From Bacteroidia bacterium (GTDB lineage: Bacteria; Bacteroidota; Bacteroidia; SpSt-205): 64,000 nt of DNA. The stretch lies in NCBI GenBank assembly GCA_026003215.1, contig BPGV01000001.1, positions 1,303,089 to 1,367,088 on the forward strand, read 5' to 3'. Below, piece by piece: positions 1-9,612 of this stretch. A program made the position numbers and the translations under genes. The notes beneath the pieces were generated by a model that saw only the letters and a program-made list of their open reading frames with translations, was not told where the DNA came from and did not search any database. Position 1 is the stretch's first letter, and each line of letters opens with the position of its first letter.

Positions 1-1
1 C

Positions 2-550
2 TACTATGGCTACGAGTCGGCTATCCGATACCTCCTCCAGCAGCGTTCTTACATCCAAAACCGCTTCACTATCCAAGCACCTTACGGCGTAAATGCCGAC
101 CAAACCCAGAATACCGACATCTACTACAAGATGGCCTGGGTCCTCCACACCCTCCGCAGCCGAACCCAAAATGATAGCTTGTGGTTTGCTTGTCTGCGGG
201 CTATCCAGGACACGTTTTCGTTCAAGACGATAAGGGCCAAAGACCTTATTGATTTTATGAGCCGCCAGCTGCGGGAAGATCTTTGGCCTTTTTTCCGAGC
301 CTACTTGTATTATCTGCGCCCACCCATCCTATCCTACAAAGTGGTAGAAGAAAACGGCCGACAGTACCTACTGGCTCGGTGGAGTACAGAGGAAAAAGCT
401 TTTACAGGGCCGATGGAGTTTTTAGCTGGGGAACAGCGGTTGCGCTTTTTCTTGACGCGAAACCTTCAGAAATTTCTCCTGCCGGAAGGAGTCGCTTCGG
501 TGGTGCCCGATAAAAATCGCTTCCTGGTAATAGTGACCACTGAGCCATGA
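2..550 (+). CDS. M1 family aminopeptidase, C-terminal part (truncated by window edge)
   Basis: Frame is open from base 2; DIYYKMAWVLHTLR resembles the M1 catalytic-Tyr segment (YxKGAxxLHxLR). Confidence 0.7.
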   Translation, partial: YYGYESAIRYLLQQRSYIQNRFTIQAPYGVNADQTQNTDIYYKMAWVLHTLRSRTQNDSLWFACLRAIQDTFSFKTIRAKDLIDFMSRQLREDLWPFFRAYLYYLRPPILSYKVVEENGRQYLLARWSTEEKAFTGPMEFLAGEQRLRFFLTRNLQKFLLPEGVASVVPDKNRFLVIVTTEP

Positions 551-1077
551 AAGCTTTCTGGGAGGCGATGGCCGTAACCCCTTGGGAAGTACCCGACTTA
601 GACCGCTGGACAGAAAAGGCGCTGGAAAAAGGAGCGACAGCTTTGGTAGTACGGTTAGCTCGGCCGCCGTCGTATGCCCAGCTTTGGGCATGGGCCCGCC
701 GCTGGGAAGGTGTCCCTTGGCTGGTACATGCTCGGTGGGCCACCCAGCCCCTGGGGTGGGGTATGCATTTTCCCGCGCCTTCTACTTCACCCCCTCCTAA
801 GCCCGCTCCTACCTACTATTACGGGCAATCTTGCCACACCCCCGAAGAGGTAAAAGCCGCTGCCCCTTGGGCAACCTACGTGTGGATAGGCAGCTTTTTT
901 GAAACACCTTCCCATCCCGGCAAGCCCACCCTTCGTTTGGAACTCCTCACGGCGCTACGGGCTACGTATCCGGACCTTCCCCTCGTAGCGATTGGGGGCA
1001 TCAGCCGCCCCGAGCAAATAGCAGCGGTGCGCCAAGCGGGGGCCTCCGGCTTTGCCGCAATACGGTATTTTTTATAG
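547..1077 (+). CDS. Thiamine-phosphate synthase/TenI-like protein
   Basis: SCHT, F-E-T-P-S-H-P-G and LVAIGGI motifs; ATGA overlap with upstream gene. Confidence 0.75.
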   Translation: MKAFWEAMAVTPWEVPDLDRWTEKALEKGATALVVRLARPPSYAQLWAWARRWEGVPWLVHARWATQPLGWGMHFPAPSTSPPPKPAPTYYYGQSCHTPEEVKAAAPWATYVWIGSFFETPSHPGKPTLRLELLTALRATYPDLPLVAIGGISRPEQIAAVRQAGASGFAAIRYFL

Positions 1078-1096
1078 GGGGCGCCGGTGAAAGTGG

Positions 1097-1104
1097 TATC
1101 TTTG
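1097..1104 (+). promoter_or_regulatory. Bacteroidota sigma70 -7 element
   Basis: TATCTTTG, 4 nt before ATG 1109. Confidence 0.7.
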
Positions 1105-1108
1105 CTGC

Positions 1109-3469
1109 ATGAGCCGTGTGAAAGAGGCAAAGCTCCCCGGCCACCTCACCCGCGAAGCTATATTACAGGATTACCGCATAGCTCACCTAAGCCGACAGCT
1201 AAGCCTCATCGGCCGCAAAGAGGTCCTTACCGGCAAAGCTAAGTTTGGCATCTTTGGCGATGGCAAAGAGCTACCCCAGCTGGCTATGGCGCATGCTTTT
1301 CAGCCGGGGGACTTCCGCTCAGGCTACTACCGCGACCAGACCTTCATGCTGGCGGCAGGCCTACTTACCCCCGAGGAGTTTTTTGCCCAGCTGTATGCCC
1401 ATACCGACTTGACTGCAGAGCCGGCGTCTGGCGGCCGCCAGATGAATAACCACTTTGCGACGCCTTTCTTGAATACTCAAGGACAGTGGCTTCCCCAGGC
1501 TTCTCGGAAAAATGTCGTTTCAGATGTCTCCCCTACCGCCAGCCAAATGCCCCGTTTAGTGGGTTTAGCGTGGGCTTCGGTACTGTACCGCAAGCTGCCC
1601 GAGCTGGCGACTCTGGTAGCGTTTTCGCAGAATGGCAACGAGATTGCTTGGGGCACGATTGGAGATGCCAGCACCAGCGAAGGTCTCTTTTGGGAAGCCA
1701 TAAATGCCCTGGTCGTCTTACAGGCCCCCGCTATCGTTTCCGTATGGGACGATGGGTATGGGATTTCCGTTCCCGTGGAATACCAAACCGCCAAAGGCAG
1801 CATCTCCGAAGCTTTGGCCGGCATGCGCTCCGAAAAGGGCAAACCCGGACTCAGCCTCTATGTAGTAAAAGGCTGGGACTATCCCGCTTTGATAGAAACT
1901 TACCTTAAGGCAGCCGAGCGGGTTCGTCGACTGCATGAGCCGGCTCTTATCCATGTGGTAGAGCTCACACAGCCCCAAGGCCACTCTACCTCCGGCAGCC
2001 ATGAACGCTATAAGTCCCCCGAAAGGCTAACCTGGGAACGGGAATATGATGGACTGGTACACTTTCGCCGCTGGATCCTTGAGCAAGGACTCGCCACCGA
2101 GCAAGAACTGGACACGATTGAAGAAGAAGCCCGAGAAGCCGCCCGTACCGCCCAAAAGCACGCATGGGAAGCCTACCTCACCCCCATCCTCCAGTTCAAG
2201 GAAGAAGCACTCGCCCTCACCCCTCCTTCCCCGGAGAGAGAAGCTCTCGCCAAACTCAAGCCCGTCACCTACCGAGAGGTCTTAGAAAGTGTGCATGTGG
2301 TGCTTAGACGCTATCGCAGCTTTCCCGAGCGAGCCAAACTCCTTCACTGGTACAAGGAGTACTATGCCGACTTGGAGAGCCGCTACGACACTTGGCTTTA
2401 CCGAGGTACCGCCTTAGAAGTACCGCCTGAGCCCCCTCGCTACCCCGCCAATCCGGACCGGGTAGAGGGGTTTCGTATCCTAAATGCCGCCTTTCGGGCA
2501 GCCCTCCAACGCGACCCACGCGTGGTGATTTTCGGCGAAGATGTCGGCAAGCTGGGCGACGTCAATCAAGGATGTGCTGGTCTGCAAGCGGAATTTGGAG
2601 AGCTGCGGGTAGCCGACACAGGCATTCGCGAAGCTACTATCATCGGCCAGGGGATTGGCTTAGCCTTGCGAGGCCTACGCCCCATCGCCGAAATCCAATA
2701 CTTGGACTATCTCCTGTATGCTGTCCAAATTCTCTCCGATGATGTAGCTCCCCTCTCCTGGCGCACGGTAGGTCAGCAAAAGGTGCCGCTTATCGTCCGC
2801 ACGCGAGGGCACCGCTTGGAAGGTATATGGCATTCGGGTTCGCCTATGCAGCTCCTCTTAGGAGCCTTGCGCGGCATGTACATCCTCGTGCCTCGCAATA
2901 TGACCCAGGCCACAGGCATGTACAATACCCTCTTAGCCGCCGACGAACCCGCCCTCCTTATTGAGGTGCTGAATGGGTATCGCCTGCGCGAACCCCTCCC
3001 GGAAAATATCGCAGAACTTAAGGTGCCTTTAGGCGTGCCAGAGATACTCCGAGAGGGCACCGATATTACGGTAGTCACTTATGGCGCTACCTGCCGGATC
3101 GTTTTAGAAGCAGCCGAGGCCTTGGCAGAGTTAGGAGTCTCTTGTGAAGTGATAGATGCACAGACCCTCCTACCCTTTGATGTGCCGGGGGTGATTGGGG
3201 ACTCTTTACGAAAAACGGGCCGTATCGCCTTCATAGACGAAGACGTCTCCGGCGGTGCCACAGCCTACATGATGTGGCAGGTCTTGGAGCGACAAAAAGG
3301 CTACTACTGGTTAGACTCCCCGCCCTTGACTATTCCGGGGAAAGACCATCGGCCCGCCTACGGCTCCGATGGCGACTACTTCTCTAAGCCTAACCGAGAA
3401 GAGATTATAGAAGCGCTTTATGCACTGATGCACGAAAGCGACCCCGACCGCTATCCCCCCCTATTTTAG
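1109..3469 (+). CDS. Branched-chain 2-oxoacid dehydrogenase E1, fused alpha/beta subunits (TPP-dependent)
   Basis: [11 protein letters not shown] motif, [31 protein letters not shown]; 786 aa fusion typical of Bacteroidota. Confidence 0.9.
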   Translation: MSRVKEAKLPGHLTREAILQDYRIAHLSRQLSLIGRKEVLTGKAKFGIFGDGKELPQLAMAHAFQPGDFRSGYYRDQTFMLAAGLLTPEEFFAQLYAHTDLTAEPASGGRQMNNHFATPFLNTQGQWLPQASRKNVVSDVSPTASQMPRLVGLAWASVLYRKLPELATLVAFSQNGNEIAWGTIGDASTSEGLFWEAINALVVLQAPAIVSVWDDGYGISVPVEYQTAKGSISEALAGMRSEKGKPGLSLYVVKGWDYPALIETYLKAAERVRRLHEPALIHVVELTQPQGHSTSGSHERYKSPERLTWEREYDGLVHFRRWILEQGLATEQELDTIEEEAREAARTAQKHAWEAYLTPILQFKEEALALTPPSPEREALAKLKPVTYREVLESVHVVLRRYRSFPERAKLLHWYKEYYADLESRYDTWLYRGTALEVPPEPPRYPANPDRVEGFRILNAAFRAALQRDPRVVIFGEDVGKLGDVNQGCAGLQAEFGELRVADTGIREATIIGQGIGLALRGLRPIAEIQYLDYLLYAVQILSDDVAPLSWRTVGQQKVPLIVRTRGHRLEGIWHSGSPMQLLLGALRGMYILVPRNMTQATGMYNTLLAADEPALLIEVLNGYRLREPLPENIAELKVPLGVPEILREGTDITVVTYGATCRIVLEAAEALAELGVSCEVIDAQTLLPFDVPGVIGDSLRKTGRIAFIDEDVSGGATAYMMWQVLERQKGYYWLDSPPLTIPGKDHRPAYGSDGDYFSKPNREEIIEALYALMHESDPDRYPPLF

Positions 3470-4311
3470 GCAGGGCGTATTTTGAGGCTGATATCTAATG
3501 CCCGGGCCGAGTGGGTGAGACTACCGGCCGAGATATACTGAGCACCAGCTTCAGCGTAAGCCCGAGCATTTTCGGGAGTAATGCCCCCCGATACTTCCAC
3601 TGGCAAACGTCCGCCAATATATTCTACCGCTCGTGCTACCTGGTCCGGCCGAAAGTTGTCTAAGAGCAGGCGGTCTATCCGGTCCGCATAGCCTAAAGCC
3701 GCATGGATCTCCGGCAGGTTTCGCACTTCTACCACGATAGGAGCGGAGAGACCCTGGGCTTCTTTATACCGGAGGACCGCTTCAATCGCCGGGGCCACCC
3801 CGCCCGCCAAGTCTATGTGGTTGTCCTTAATGAGAAACTGGTCATACAAGCCCAAGCGATGATTGACCCCACCTCCTATTTGTACAGCCCACTTCTCCAA
3901 GGCTCGCCATAAGGGGGTAGTCTTACGTGTATCTAATATATGACAGGGAGTACCCGCCACCGCCTCCACATACCGACGAGTAAGGGTAGCAATCCCACTG
4001 AGCCGCTGTAACAGATTCAATACCAGGCGTTCCCCCACAAGGAGGGTGTAAGCTTTTCCGTACACCTCAAAGGCTATTTGACCCGAAGAAAAGCGCTCCC
4101 CGTCAGACATGTGTTTCTCAAAAGTTACACCACTGTCAATAAGACGATACACCTTTTCAGCCCATTGTACGCCTGCCAGCACGCCAGTGTCTTTTAGGAT
4201 ACACCTACCGTGGGCATACTTTTGGGTGGCGGATACCGCTAAGCTGGTGATATCGCCTGAACCCACATCTTCTTGGAGGGCCGCCTCTATGAGGGCTTCT
4301 ATGCTCAGCAT
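3466..4311 (-). CDS. nadC: Nicotinate-nucleotide diphosphorylase (carboxylating)
   Basis: [37 protein letters not shown]; start placed at ATG 4311. Confidence 0.95.
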   Translation of the reverse strand: MLSIEALIEAALQEDVGSGDITSLAVSATQKYAHGRCILKDTGVLAGVQWAEKVYRLIDSGVTFEKHMSDGERFSSGQIAFEVYGKAYTLLVGERLVLNLLQRLSGIATLTRRYVEAVAGTPCHILDTRKTTPLWRALEKWAVQIGGGVNHRLGLYDQFLIKDNHIDLAGGVAPAIEAVLRYKEAQGLSAPIVVEVRNLPEIHAALGYADRIDRLLLDNFRPDQVARAVEYIGGRLPVEVSGGITPENARAYAEAGAQYISAGSLTHSARALDISLKIRPA

Positions 4312-4314
4312 GCC

Positions 4315-4322
4315 CAAAAATA
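4315..4322 (-). promoter_or_regulatory. -7 element of nadC
   Basis: TATTTTTG on minus strand, 3 nt before ATG 4311. Confidence 0.65.
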
Positions 4323-4356
4323 GAAAACGGCCTGTGGAGAAACCTCCACAAGGCCG
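4316..4356 (-). terminator. Intrinsic terminator after the DUF4783 gene
   Basis: Hairpin CGGCC(T)TGTGGAG-GTTT-CTCCACAGGCCG followed by TTTTCTATTTTT on minus strand. Confidence 0.7.
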
Positions 4357-4382
4357 CACACACACTATGCGAGCGCTGAGGC

Positions 4383-4775
4383 TCAGTTTTCTACCGGTTC
4401 AAAACGCAGCTGCTCTATCAAATATCGGCCATTCTCAAATCGGGTAAAAAAACTCACATCCCATCGCCCCCTTTCGCTCACATACGAGCCAATCGCATAT
4501 ACCATATCTTCTGAGCGCCCTTTATGGAGAAGGGTAAAGGTGCGAGGCGGGTTTTCTCGAAAAAATTCCTGTAATACAAATCGTGCCTGAGTGCTGGAAT
4601 AAATACGAGTCTTATCGCGCAGATAGATTTCTACTTGTGGAGCGAGAAAAGTCGCCAGCTGCGGTATATTGCCTGTCCGCAAAGCTTCCTCTATACGCAG
4701 GAGCGTTTGGTCGGCCCCCTGGGCAAAACCCCACGAAAGAGCTCCCCAAAGGGTGCCTACCCACAGCTGGCGCAT
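4383..4775 (-). CDS. DUF4783-like secreted protein
   Basis: Signal peptide ending FAQ; YSSTQARFVLQEFF..NPP..F..LHKG pattern; adjacency to nadC. Confidence 0.75.
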   Translation of the reverse strand: MRQLWVGTLWGALSWGFAQGADQTLLRIEEALRTGNIPQLATFLAPQVEIYLRDKTRIYSSTQARFVLQEFFRENPPRTFTLLHKGRSEDMVYAIGSYVSERGRWDVSFFTRFENGRYLIEQLRFEPVEN

Positions 4776-4786
4776 GCCTTACTCCC

Positions 4787-4802
4787 TGCATACTTCATGC
4801 CA
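4787..4802 (-). promoter_or_regulatory. Candidate sigma54 (-24/-12) promoter
   Basis: Minus strand TGGCATGAAGTATGCA has the GG-N10-GC spacing. Confidence 0.6.
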
Positions 4803-4814
4803 AAACAAAGGGCT

Positions 4815-4822
4815 TACTTTTG
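4815..4822 (+). promoter_or_regulatory. -7 element
   Basis: TACTTTTG, 4 nt before ATG 4827. Confidence 0.7.
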
Positions 4823-4826
4823 CTGC

Positions 4827-6398
4827 ATGGTTCAAGTAGAGGCGTTAGAAGCCTTACGAGCCACTGCTCGGAACGGTGGTGGTGAGAAAGCCCACGCTCG
4901 CCAAGCTGCACAAGGCAAGTGGTCCGCCCGCCAGCGTATAGACTACCTCCTGGATAACCCCGACGAAGCCATAGAAATAGGCCTCTTAGCCGGCCACGAA
5001 CTGTATGAGGAAGCGTGTCCTGCCGGAGGCGTGGTAGTAAAAGTCGGCAAAGTACAGGGGATTCCGTGTGTGATTGTCGCCAACGACGCTACCGTCAAAG
5101 CCGGCGCATGGTTCCCTATTACCGCTAAGAAAAACCTTCGGGCCCAAGAAATAGCCATGCAAAACCGGCTCCCTATCCTCTACCTTGTGGATAGCGCAGG
5201 CGTGTATCTCCCCATGCAAGATGAGGTTTTCCCGGATAAAGAGCACTTCGGGCGCATCTTCCGCAATAATGCTGTCATGAGCGCCATGGGCATACCGCAA
5301 TACGCCGCTATCATGGGGCCGTGTGTGGCAGGCGGAGCGTACCTCCCGATTATGAGCGATGAGGCTATCATTGTGGAGAAAACAGGTTCTGTGTTTCTGG
5401 CGGGCCCTTACTTAGTCAAAGCCGCTATTGGAGAAGAAACCGACACCGAGACGCTGGGAGGCGCACGCACTCACTCGCAAATCTCCGGCGTCACAGATTA
5501 TCAAGCGCGTAATGACCAAGAAGCCCTGGACATCCTCAAAAGATTGGTAGCGCAGACCCAACGCCGAAGCTCTTTCCGCTGGGAACGCCAGCCGGCCCGC
5601 CCGCCACGCATTCCGCCCGAGAAAATCCCCGAGCTTTTACCCCCCGACCCTACACGCCCTTACGACATGTACGCCATCATAGAGGCCCTCATAGATGAAG
5701 GCTCCTTCACCGAGTATAAGACCGGCTACGGCAAAACCATCATCACGGGCTACGCCCGGATTGAAGGTTGGCCCGTAGGTATCGTAGCCAACCAACGCAC
5801 CGTCGTCAAATCCGCCCGAGGCGAAATGCAGTTTGGCGGCGTCATCTACTCCGACTCTGCCGATAAAGCCACCCGCTTCATCCTCAACTGCAACCAAAAG
5901 CAAATCCCTATCGTTTTCCTCCAAGATGTCACGGGCTTCATGGTAGGCACCCGCGCCGAACACGGCGGCATCATAAAAGATGGCGCCAAAATGGTCAATG
6001 CCGTCGCCAATAGCGTCGTGCCTAAATACACCGTGGTAGTGGGTAACTCTTACGGCGCGGGCAACTACGCCATGTGTGGAAGGGCCTACGACCCACGCCT
6101 AATGGTTGCTTGGCCGACTGCCCGTATCGCTGTCATGGGCGGCACCCAAGCCGCTCAAACCCTCCTCCAAACCTACAAACGTGGCCAAAAGCTTGCCCCT
6201 GAAGAAGAACAAGCCCTCCTCAAAGAGATCCAAAGCCGTTATGAACGCCAAATGAACCCCCTCTATGCCGCCGCTCGCCTCTGGATAGACGAACTCATCC
6301 TCCCCCACGAAACCCGCAAATACCTCTCCCTCATGATAGAAGCCGCCGAATGGGGCTACGAACCCCAACCCTTCCCCGTGGGCGTCATCCAAACTTGA
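4827..6398 (+). CDS. Acyl-CoA carboxylase beta (carboxyltransferase) subunit, methylcrotonyl-CoA carboxylase-like
   Basis: ANDATVKAG, LVDSAG, GPCVAGGAY, LQDVTGFMVG, GNYAMCG motifs. Confidence 0.9.
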   Translation: MVQVEALEALRATARNGGGEKAHARQAAQGKWSARQRIDYLLDNPDEAIEIGLLAGHELYEEACPAGGVVVKVGKVQGIPCVIVANDATVKAGAWFPITAKKNLRAQEIAMQNRLPILYLVDSAGVYLPMQDEVFPDKEHFGRIFRNNAVMSAMGIPQYAAIMGPCVAGGAYLPIMSDEAIIVEKTGSVFLAGPYLVKAAIGEETDTETLGGARTHSQISGVTDYQARNDQEALDILKRLVAQTQRRSSFRWERQPARPPRIPPEKIPELLPPDPTRPYDMYAIIEALIDEGSFTEYKTGYGKTIITGYARIEGWPVGIVANQRTVVKSARGEMQFGGVIYSDSADKATRFILNCNQKQIPIVFLQDVTGFMVGTRAEHGGIIKDGAKMVNAVANSVVPKYTVVVGNSYGAGNYAMCGRAYDPRLMVAWPTARIAVMGGTQAAQTLLQTYKRGQKLAPEEEQALLKEIQSRYERQMNPLYAAARLWIDELILPHETRKYLSLMIEAAEWGYEPQPFPVGVIQT

Positions 6399-6440
6399 GG
6401 ATTAAACCCTTACCTTTGCCCAGGGTCTCATTCTTTACCC

Positions 6441-6989
6441 ATGGATGCCTCTTTGTGGGAACGGCTGCAAGCAGAGGAGACCCGCTTAGCCGCCTTTGAA
6501 GAGCTGGTACGCACCTTCTATCCCCAAGTCAAGCGGTGGGTTCGTCAGTGGGTCCAAGACCCAGCCCTGGCTGAGGATATTACCCAAGAGACCTTCCTAC
6601 GTGCCTGGGAAAAATGCCATACCTTCCGAGGGGAAGCCGCCTTCTCCACGTGGCTTTACACGATTGCCCGTCGAGAGACTTTGCGCTTCCTCAAAAAACA
6701 GAACCGCTTCGCCTTTATCCCTTGGCCCTGGACAAATGAAGAAGGCCCCGAAGAACCCGCTGCCGAGCCCATTCCGCACTACACCCGCTTTTACACAGAG
6801 CTCGAAAAAACCTTAGCGGAACTCCCCCCTATGCAACGCGCCGTCTTTGAAGCGGCCTGGGAAAACCATCTCCCCTATAAAGAAGTCGCCCAGAAACTGG
6901 GCATCCGAGAAAACACCGTCAAAGCTCACCTCTACCACATCCGTCAAAAGCTCTGGAAACGCCTCCGCAGCTGGCTCGCCGACGAATAG
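6441..6989 (+). CDS. ECF RNA polymerase sigma-70 factor
   Basis: AEDITQETFLRAW, FSTWLYTIA (region 2); YKEVAQKLGIRENTVKAHL (region 4). Confidence 0.9.
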   Translation: MDASLWERLQAEETRLAAFEELVRTFYPQVKRWVRQWVQDPALAEDITQETFLRAWEKCHTFRGEAAFSTWLYTIARRETLRFLKKQNRFAFIPWPWTNEEGPEEPAAEPIPHYTRFYTELEKTLAELPPMQRAVFEAAWENHLPYKEVAQKLGIRENTVKAHLYHIRQKLWKRLRSWLADE

Positions 6990-7025
6990 CTAAAAGCTCG
7001 GCCCTTTTCCCTAATATTGCCACCC

Positions 7026-8228
7026 ATGAAGCTCCACGAATATCAGGCTAAGGATTTACTGGAACAGTTAGGGTTGCCTGTGGCAGGCGGCAAGGTAGCT
7101 ACCACCCCCGAAGAAGCCGTAGCCGCTGCTAAGGCGATAGACCCAACAGGCAAAGGCCCCTGGGTACTCAAGGCTCAAGTGCATGCCGGCGGCCGAGGCA
7201 AAGCCGGCGGCGTCAAACTCGCTAAATCCTTAGATGAAGTGCGTACCCTCGCCTCCCAAATGATTGGCATGAAACTCGTCACCCCCCAAACTGGCCCCCA
7301 AGGCAAGGTCGTGCATAAAATCTTAGTCACAGGGGATGCTTTCTATCCGGGCCCTTCGCCGATACGGGAGTTTTATATAAGCCTTACTTTGGACCGGGCG
7401 GTGGGCCGGGATGTGCTGATTGCCAGCGCTGAAGGCGGCGTAGAAATAGAAGAAGTAGCCGCTACCCGCCCCGAAGCCATCCATAAGCTGCACATAAACC
7501 CCCTCACTGGCCTGATGCCTTACCAAGCCCGCCAGATTGCCTATGCCTTAGGCCTGACGGGCGAAGCCTTCAAAAATGCCGTGACCTTCCTCCTCCAACT
7601 CTATAAAGCTTACGATGCCTTAGACGCCAGCCTCCTGGAAATCAACCCCATGCTCAAAACTTCGGACGATAAGATTATCGCCTTGGACGCCAAGCTGGAA
7701 ATAGAAGACAACGCTCTCCCCATTCGGCATAAAGAGTTAGAAAGCTGGCGCGACATCCAAGAAGAAGACCCCTTGGAAACCGAAGCCCGCGAAGCCGGCC
7801 TCAGCTATGTAAAACTGGACGGCAATGTGGGCTGCATGGTAAATGGCGCCGGGCTCGCCATGGCGACCATGGATATCATTAAACTGGCAGGCGGCTGGCC
7901 CGCAAACTTCTTGGATGTAGGCGGCGGCGCCAACGTAGAACGCATCGCAAAAGCCTTCCAAATCCTCCTCAAAGACCCAGGCGTAAAAGTGATACTCATC
8001 AACATCTTTGGGGGGATTGTGCAATGTGACCGCGTGGCAAACGGCATCCTTCAAGCGTACAAGCTGATTGGGCATATACCTGTGCCTATGGTCGTACGTC
8101 TCCAGGGCACCAACGCGGACATTGCAGCGCAGATTCTGCGGGAGTCGGGCCTCCCAATCATCCCAGCCGTAGAGCTCTGGGAAGCCGCCCAAAAGGTACA
8201 AGAGGCCCTTCGGCAGGTTACTGCCTAA
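7026..8228 (+). CDS. sucC: Succinyl-CoA synthetase beta subunit
   Basis: MKLHEYQAK, KAQVHAGGRGKAGGVK, NGAGLAMATMD, NIFGGI. Confidence 0.97.
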   Translation: MKLHEYQAKDLLEQLGLPVAGGKVATTPEEAVAAAKAIDPTGKGPWVLKAQVHAGGRGKAGGVKLAKSLDEVRTLASQMIGMKLVTPQTGPQGKVVHKILVTGDAFYPGPSPIREFYISLTLDRAVGRDVLIASAEGGVEIEEVAATRPEAIHKLHINPLTGLMPYQARQIAYALGLTGEAFKNAVTFLLQLYKAYDALDASLLEINPMLKTSDDKIIALDAKLEIEDNALPIRHKELESWRDIQEEDPLETEAREAGLSYVKLDGNVGCMVNGAGLAMATMDIIKLAGGWPANFLDVGGGANVERIAKAFQILLKDPGVKVILINIFGGIVQCDRVANGILQAYKLIGHIPVPMVVRLQGTNADIAAQILRESGLPIIPAVELWEAAQKVQEALRQVTA

Positions 8229-9052
8229 TGAACCTTCTCCCCCCTGTCCTTACGATTGCGGGCTCCGACAGTAGTGGCGGCGCCGGCATACAGGCCGATC
8301 TCAAGGCCTTCACGGTGCTGGGTACGTATGGGATGAGTGTAATCACAGCGCTCACCGCCCAAAATACCACCGGCGTACCCGCCGTGCATATCCCGCCCGC
8401 GACATTTGTAGAAGCCCAGCTCCAAGCGGTATGGACCGACATCTCCCCCCATGCAGTAAAAACAGGCATGCTGGCAGAAGCCGCCATCATCTCCGTAGTA
8501 CATCGTTTCCGCCAGACCCAAGGACAAGCCATTCCCTGGGTAGTGGACCCCGTACTAATAGCCACCTCAGGCGCTCGCCTTTTATCGCCCGAAGCTGAAG
8601 ACGCCTTGCGTGCCTTTGTCGCAGAGGCTACCATCGTTACGCCCAACCTCCCCGAAGCCGCCACATTAGCTCAAGCCCCCCTTCCCGACTCCGAAAAAAG
8701 TGCGCATACCCTGGGCATCCGCTTGTCCCACCACTATCCTACCCCCATTTGGGTACTGAAAGGGGGTCATGCCGCCTGGGAAAAGCATACGGTAACCACC
8801 TGGGTTTTTCACCGAGGGCACCTTCTCCAGCGGTTTGTGCAGCCGCGTCTCACTCTGCCGCGTCCACCCCATGGGACCGGATGCACCTTAGCTGCGGCCA
8901 TAGCCGCCCGCCTTGCGCACGGTGACGAGCCCCTCCCAGCTATCCTCACTGCCTTGGACTTCGTACATAAGGCCTTAGCCGCCGCCGACCTCTCGTTGGG
9001 ACAAGGTGCCGTCGTGCTCAATCCCTATGCCGCAGCATGGCCTATCGCTTGA
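8228..9052 (+). CDS. thiD: Hydroxymethylpyrimidine/phosphomethylpyrimidine kinase
   Basis: IAGSDSSGGAGIQADLK, KTGML, TPNLPEA, HGTGCT. Confidence 0.93.
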   Translation: MNLLPPVLTIAGSDSSGGAGIQADLKAFTVLGTYGMSVITALTAQNTTGVPAVHIPPATFVEAQLQAVWTDISPHAVKTGMLAEAAIISVVHRFRQTQGQAIPWVVDPVLIATSGARLLSPEAEDALRAFVAEATIVTPNLPEAATLAQAPLPDSEKSAHTLGIRLSHHYPTPIWVLKGGHAAWEKHTVTTWVFHRGHLLQRFVQPRLTLPRPPHGTGCTLAAAIAARLAHGDEPLPAILTALDFVHKALAAADLSLGQGAVVLNPYAAAWPIA

Positions 9053-9612
9053 TACTTGCCTTCTCCCTTCTCTTTGCCCAAATCCAACTAAGTCAAAACC
9101 CCATCAATGGTGATTGCCGACTTTCTTCGGACTCCTTGCAGCCTATCACTCCGCCTTTCTTCCCCTACCTGTATCAATACCAGTGGGACCCTGTCCGCAA
9201 GTTAGAAACCTTGTGGCTCTCACCCCGGATACGCTTACGGATTGAGCAGCGGGCCTGCATTCGTCACCATATCACCTACGAGCTGCGAGTCCCCGCTGAC
9301 TATCCTTTGCCCCAAGGGTTTACGCGCGGTCTCATGGCTTTATTAGACACCGTACTTACGCTGCTCCACCGAGAAGATTTTACTTTCCTCGCTGTCAAAC
9401 AAACCCTCTGGCCTAAGCTCCTTCAGCAAGCCGCCCTCCGTTCTGTCGGAGAAGTGATTATGCTACCCTACCAGGAATGGAGCTTTCTACTCCGCATAGA
9501 TCAAGACAAACAAGGCCCCGTTATCGTCTTAGAGACAATACGCTACCTTAGCAGTCAGGCCATTCAGCGGCCGGGGATACCCGACTACATGGATGATGGA
9601 TGGGGGCCTTAA
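9037..9612 (+). CDS. Hypothetical secreted protein
   Basis: Signal peptide ending LFAQ; fills the gap between thiD and sucD; no recognised family. Confidence 0.65.
   Translation: MAYRLILAFSLLFAQIQLSQNPINGDCRLSSDSLQPITPPFFPYLYQYQWDPVRKLETLWLSPRIRLRIEQRACIRHHITYELRVPADYPLPQGFTRGLMALLDTVLTLLHREDFTFLAVKQTLWPKLLQQAALRSVGEVIMLPYQEWSFLLRIDQDKQGPVIVLETIRYLSSQAIQRPGIPDYMDDGWGP

Noticed and set aside
1109-3469. Fusion of E1 alpha and beta as a novelty
   Set aside because: This fused form is common in Bacteroidota.
4635-4826. Long N-terminal extension of the carboxyltransferase ORF
   Set aside because: Overlaps DUF4783 on the opposite strand; promoter and homology point to ATG 4827.
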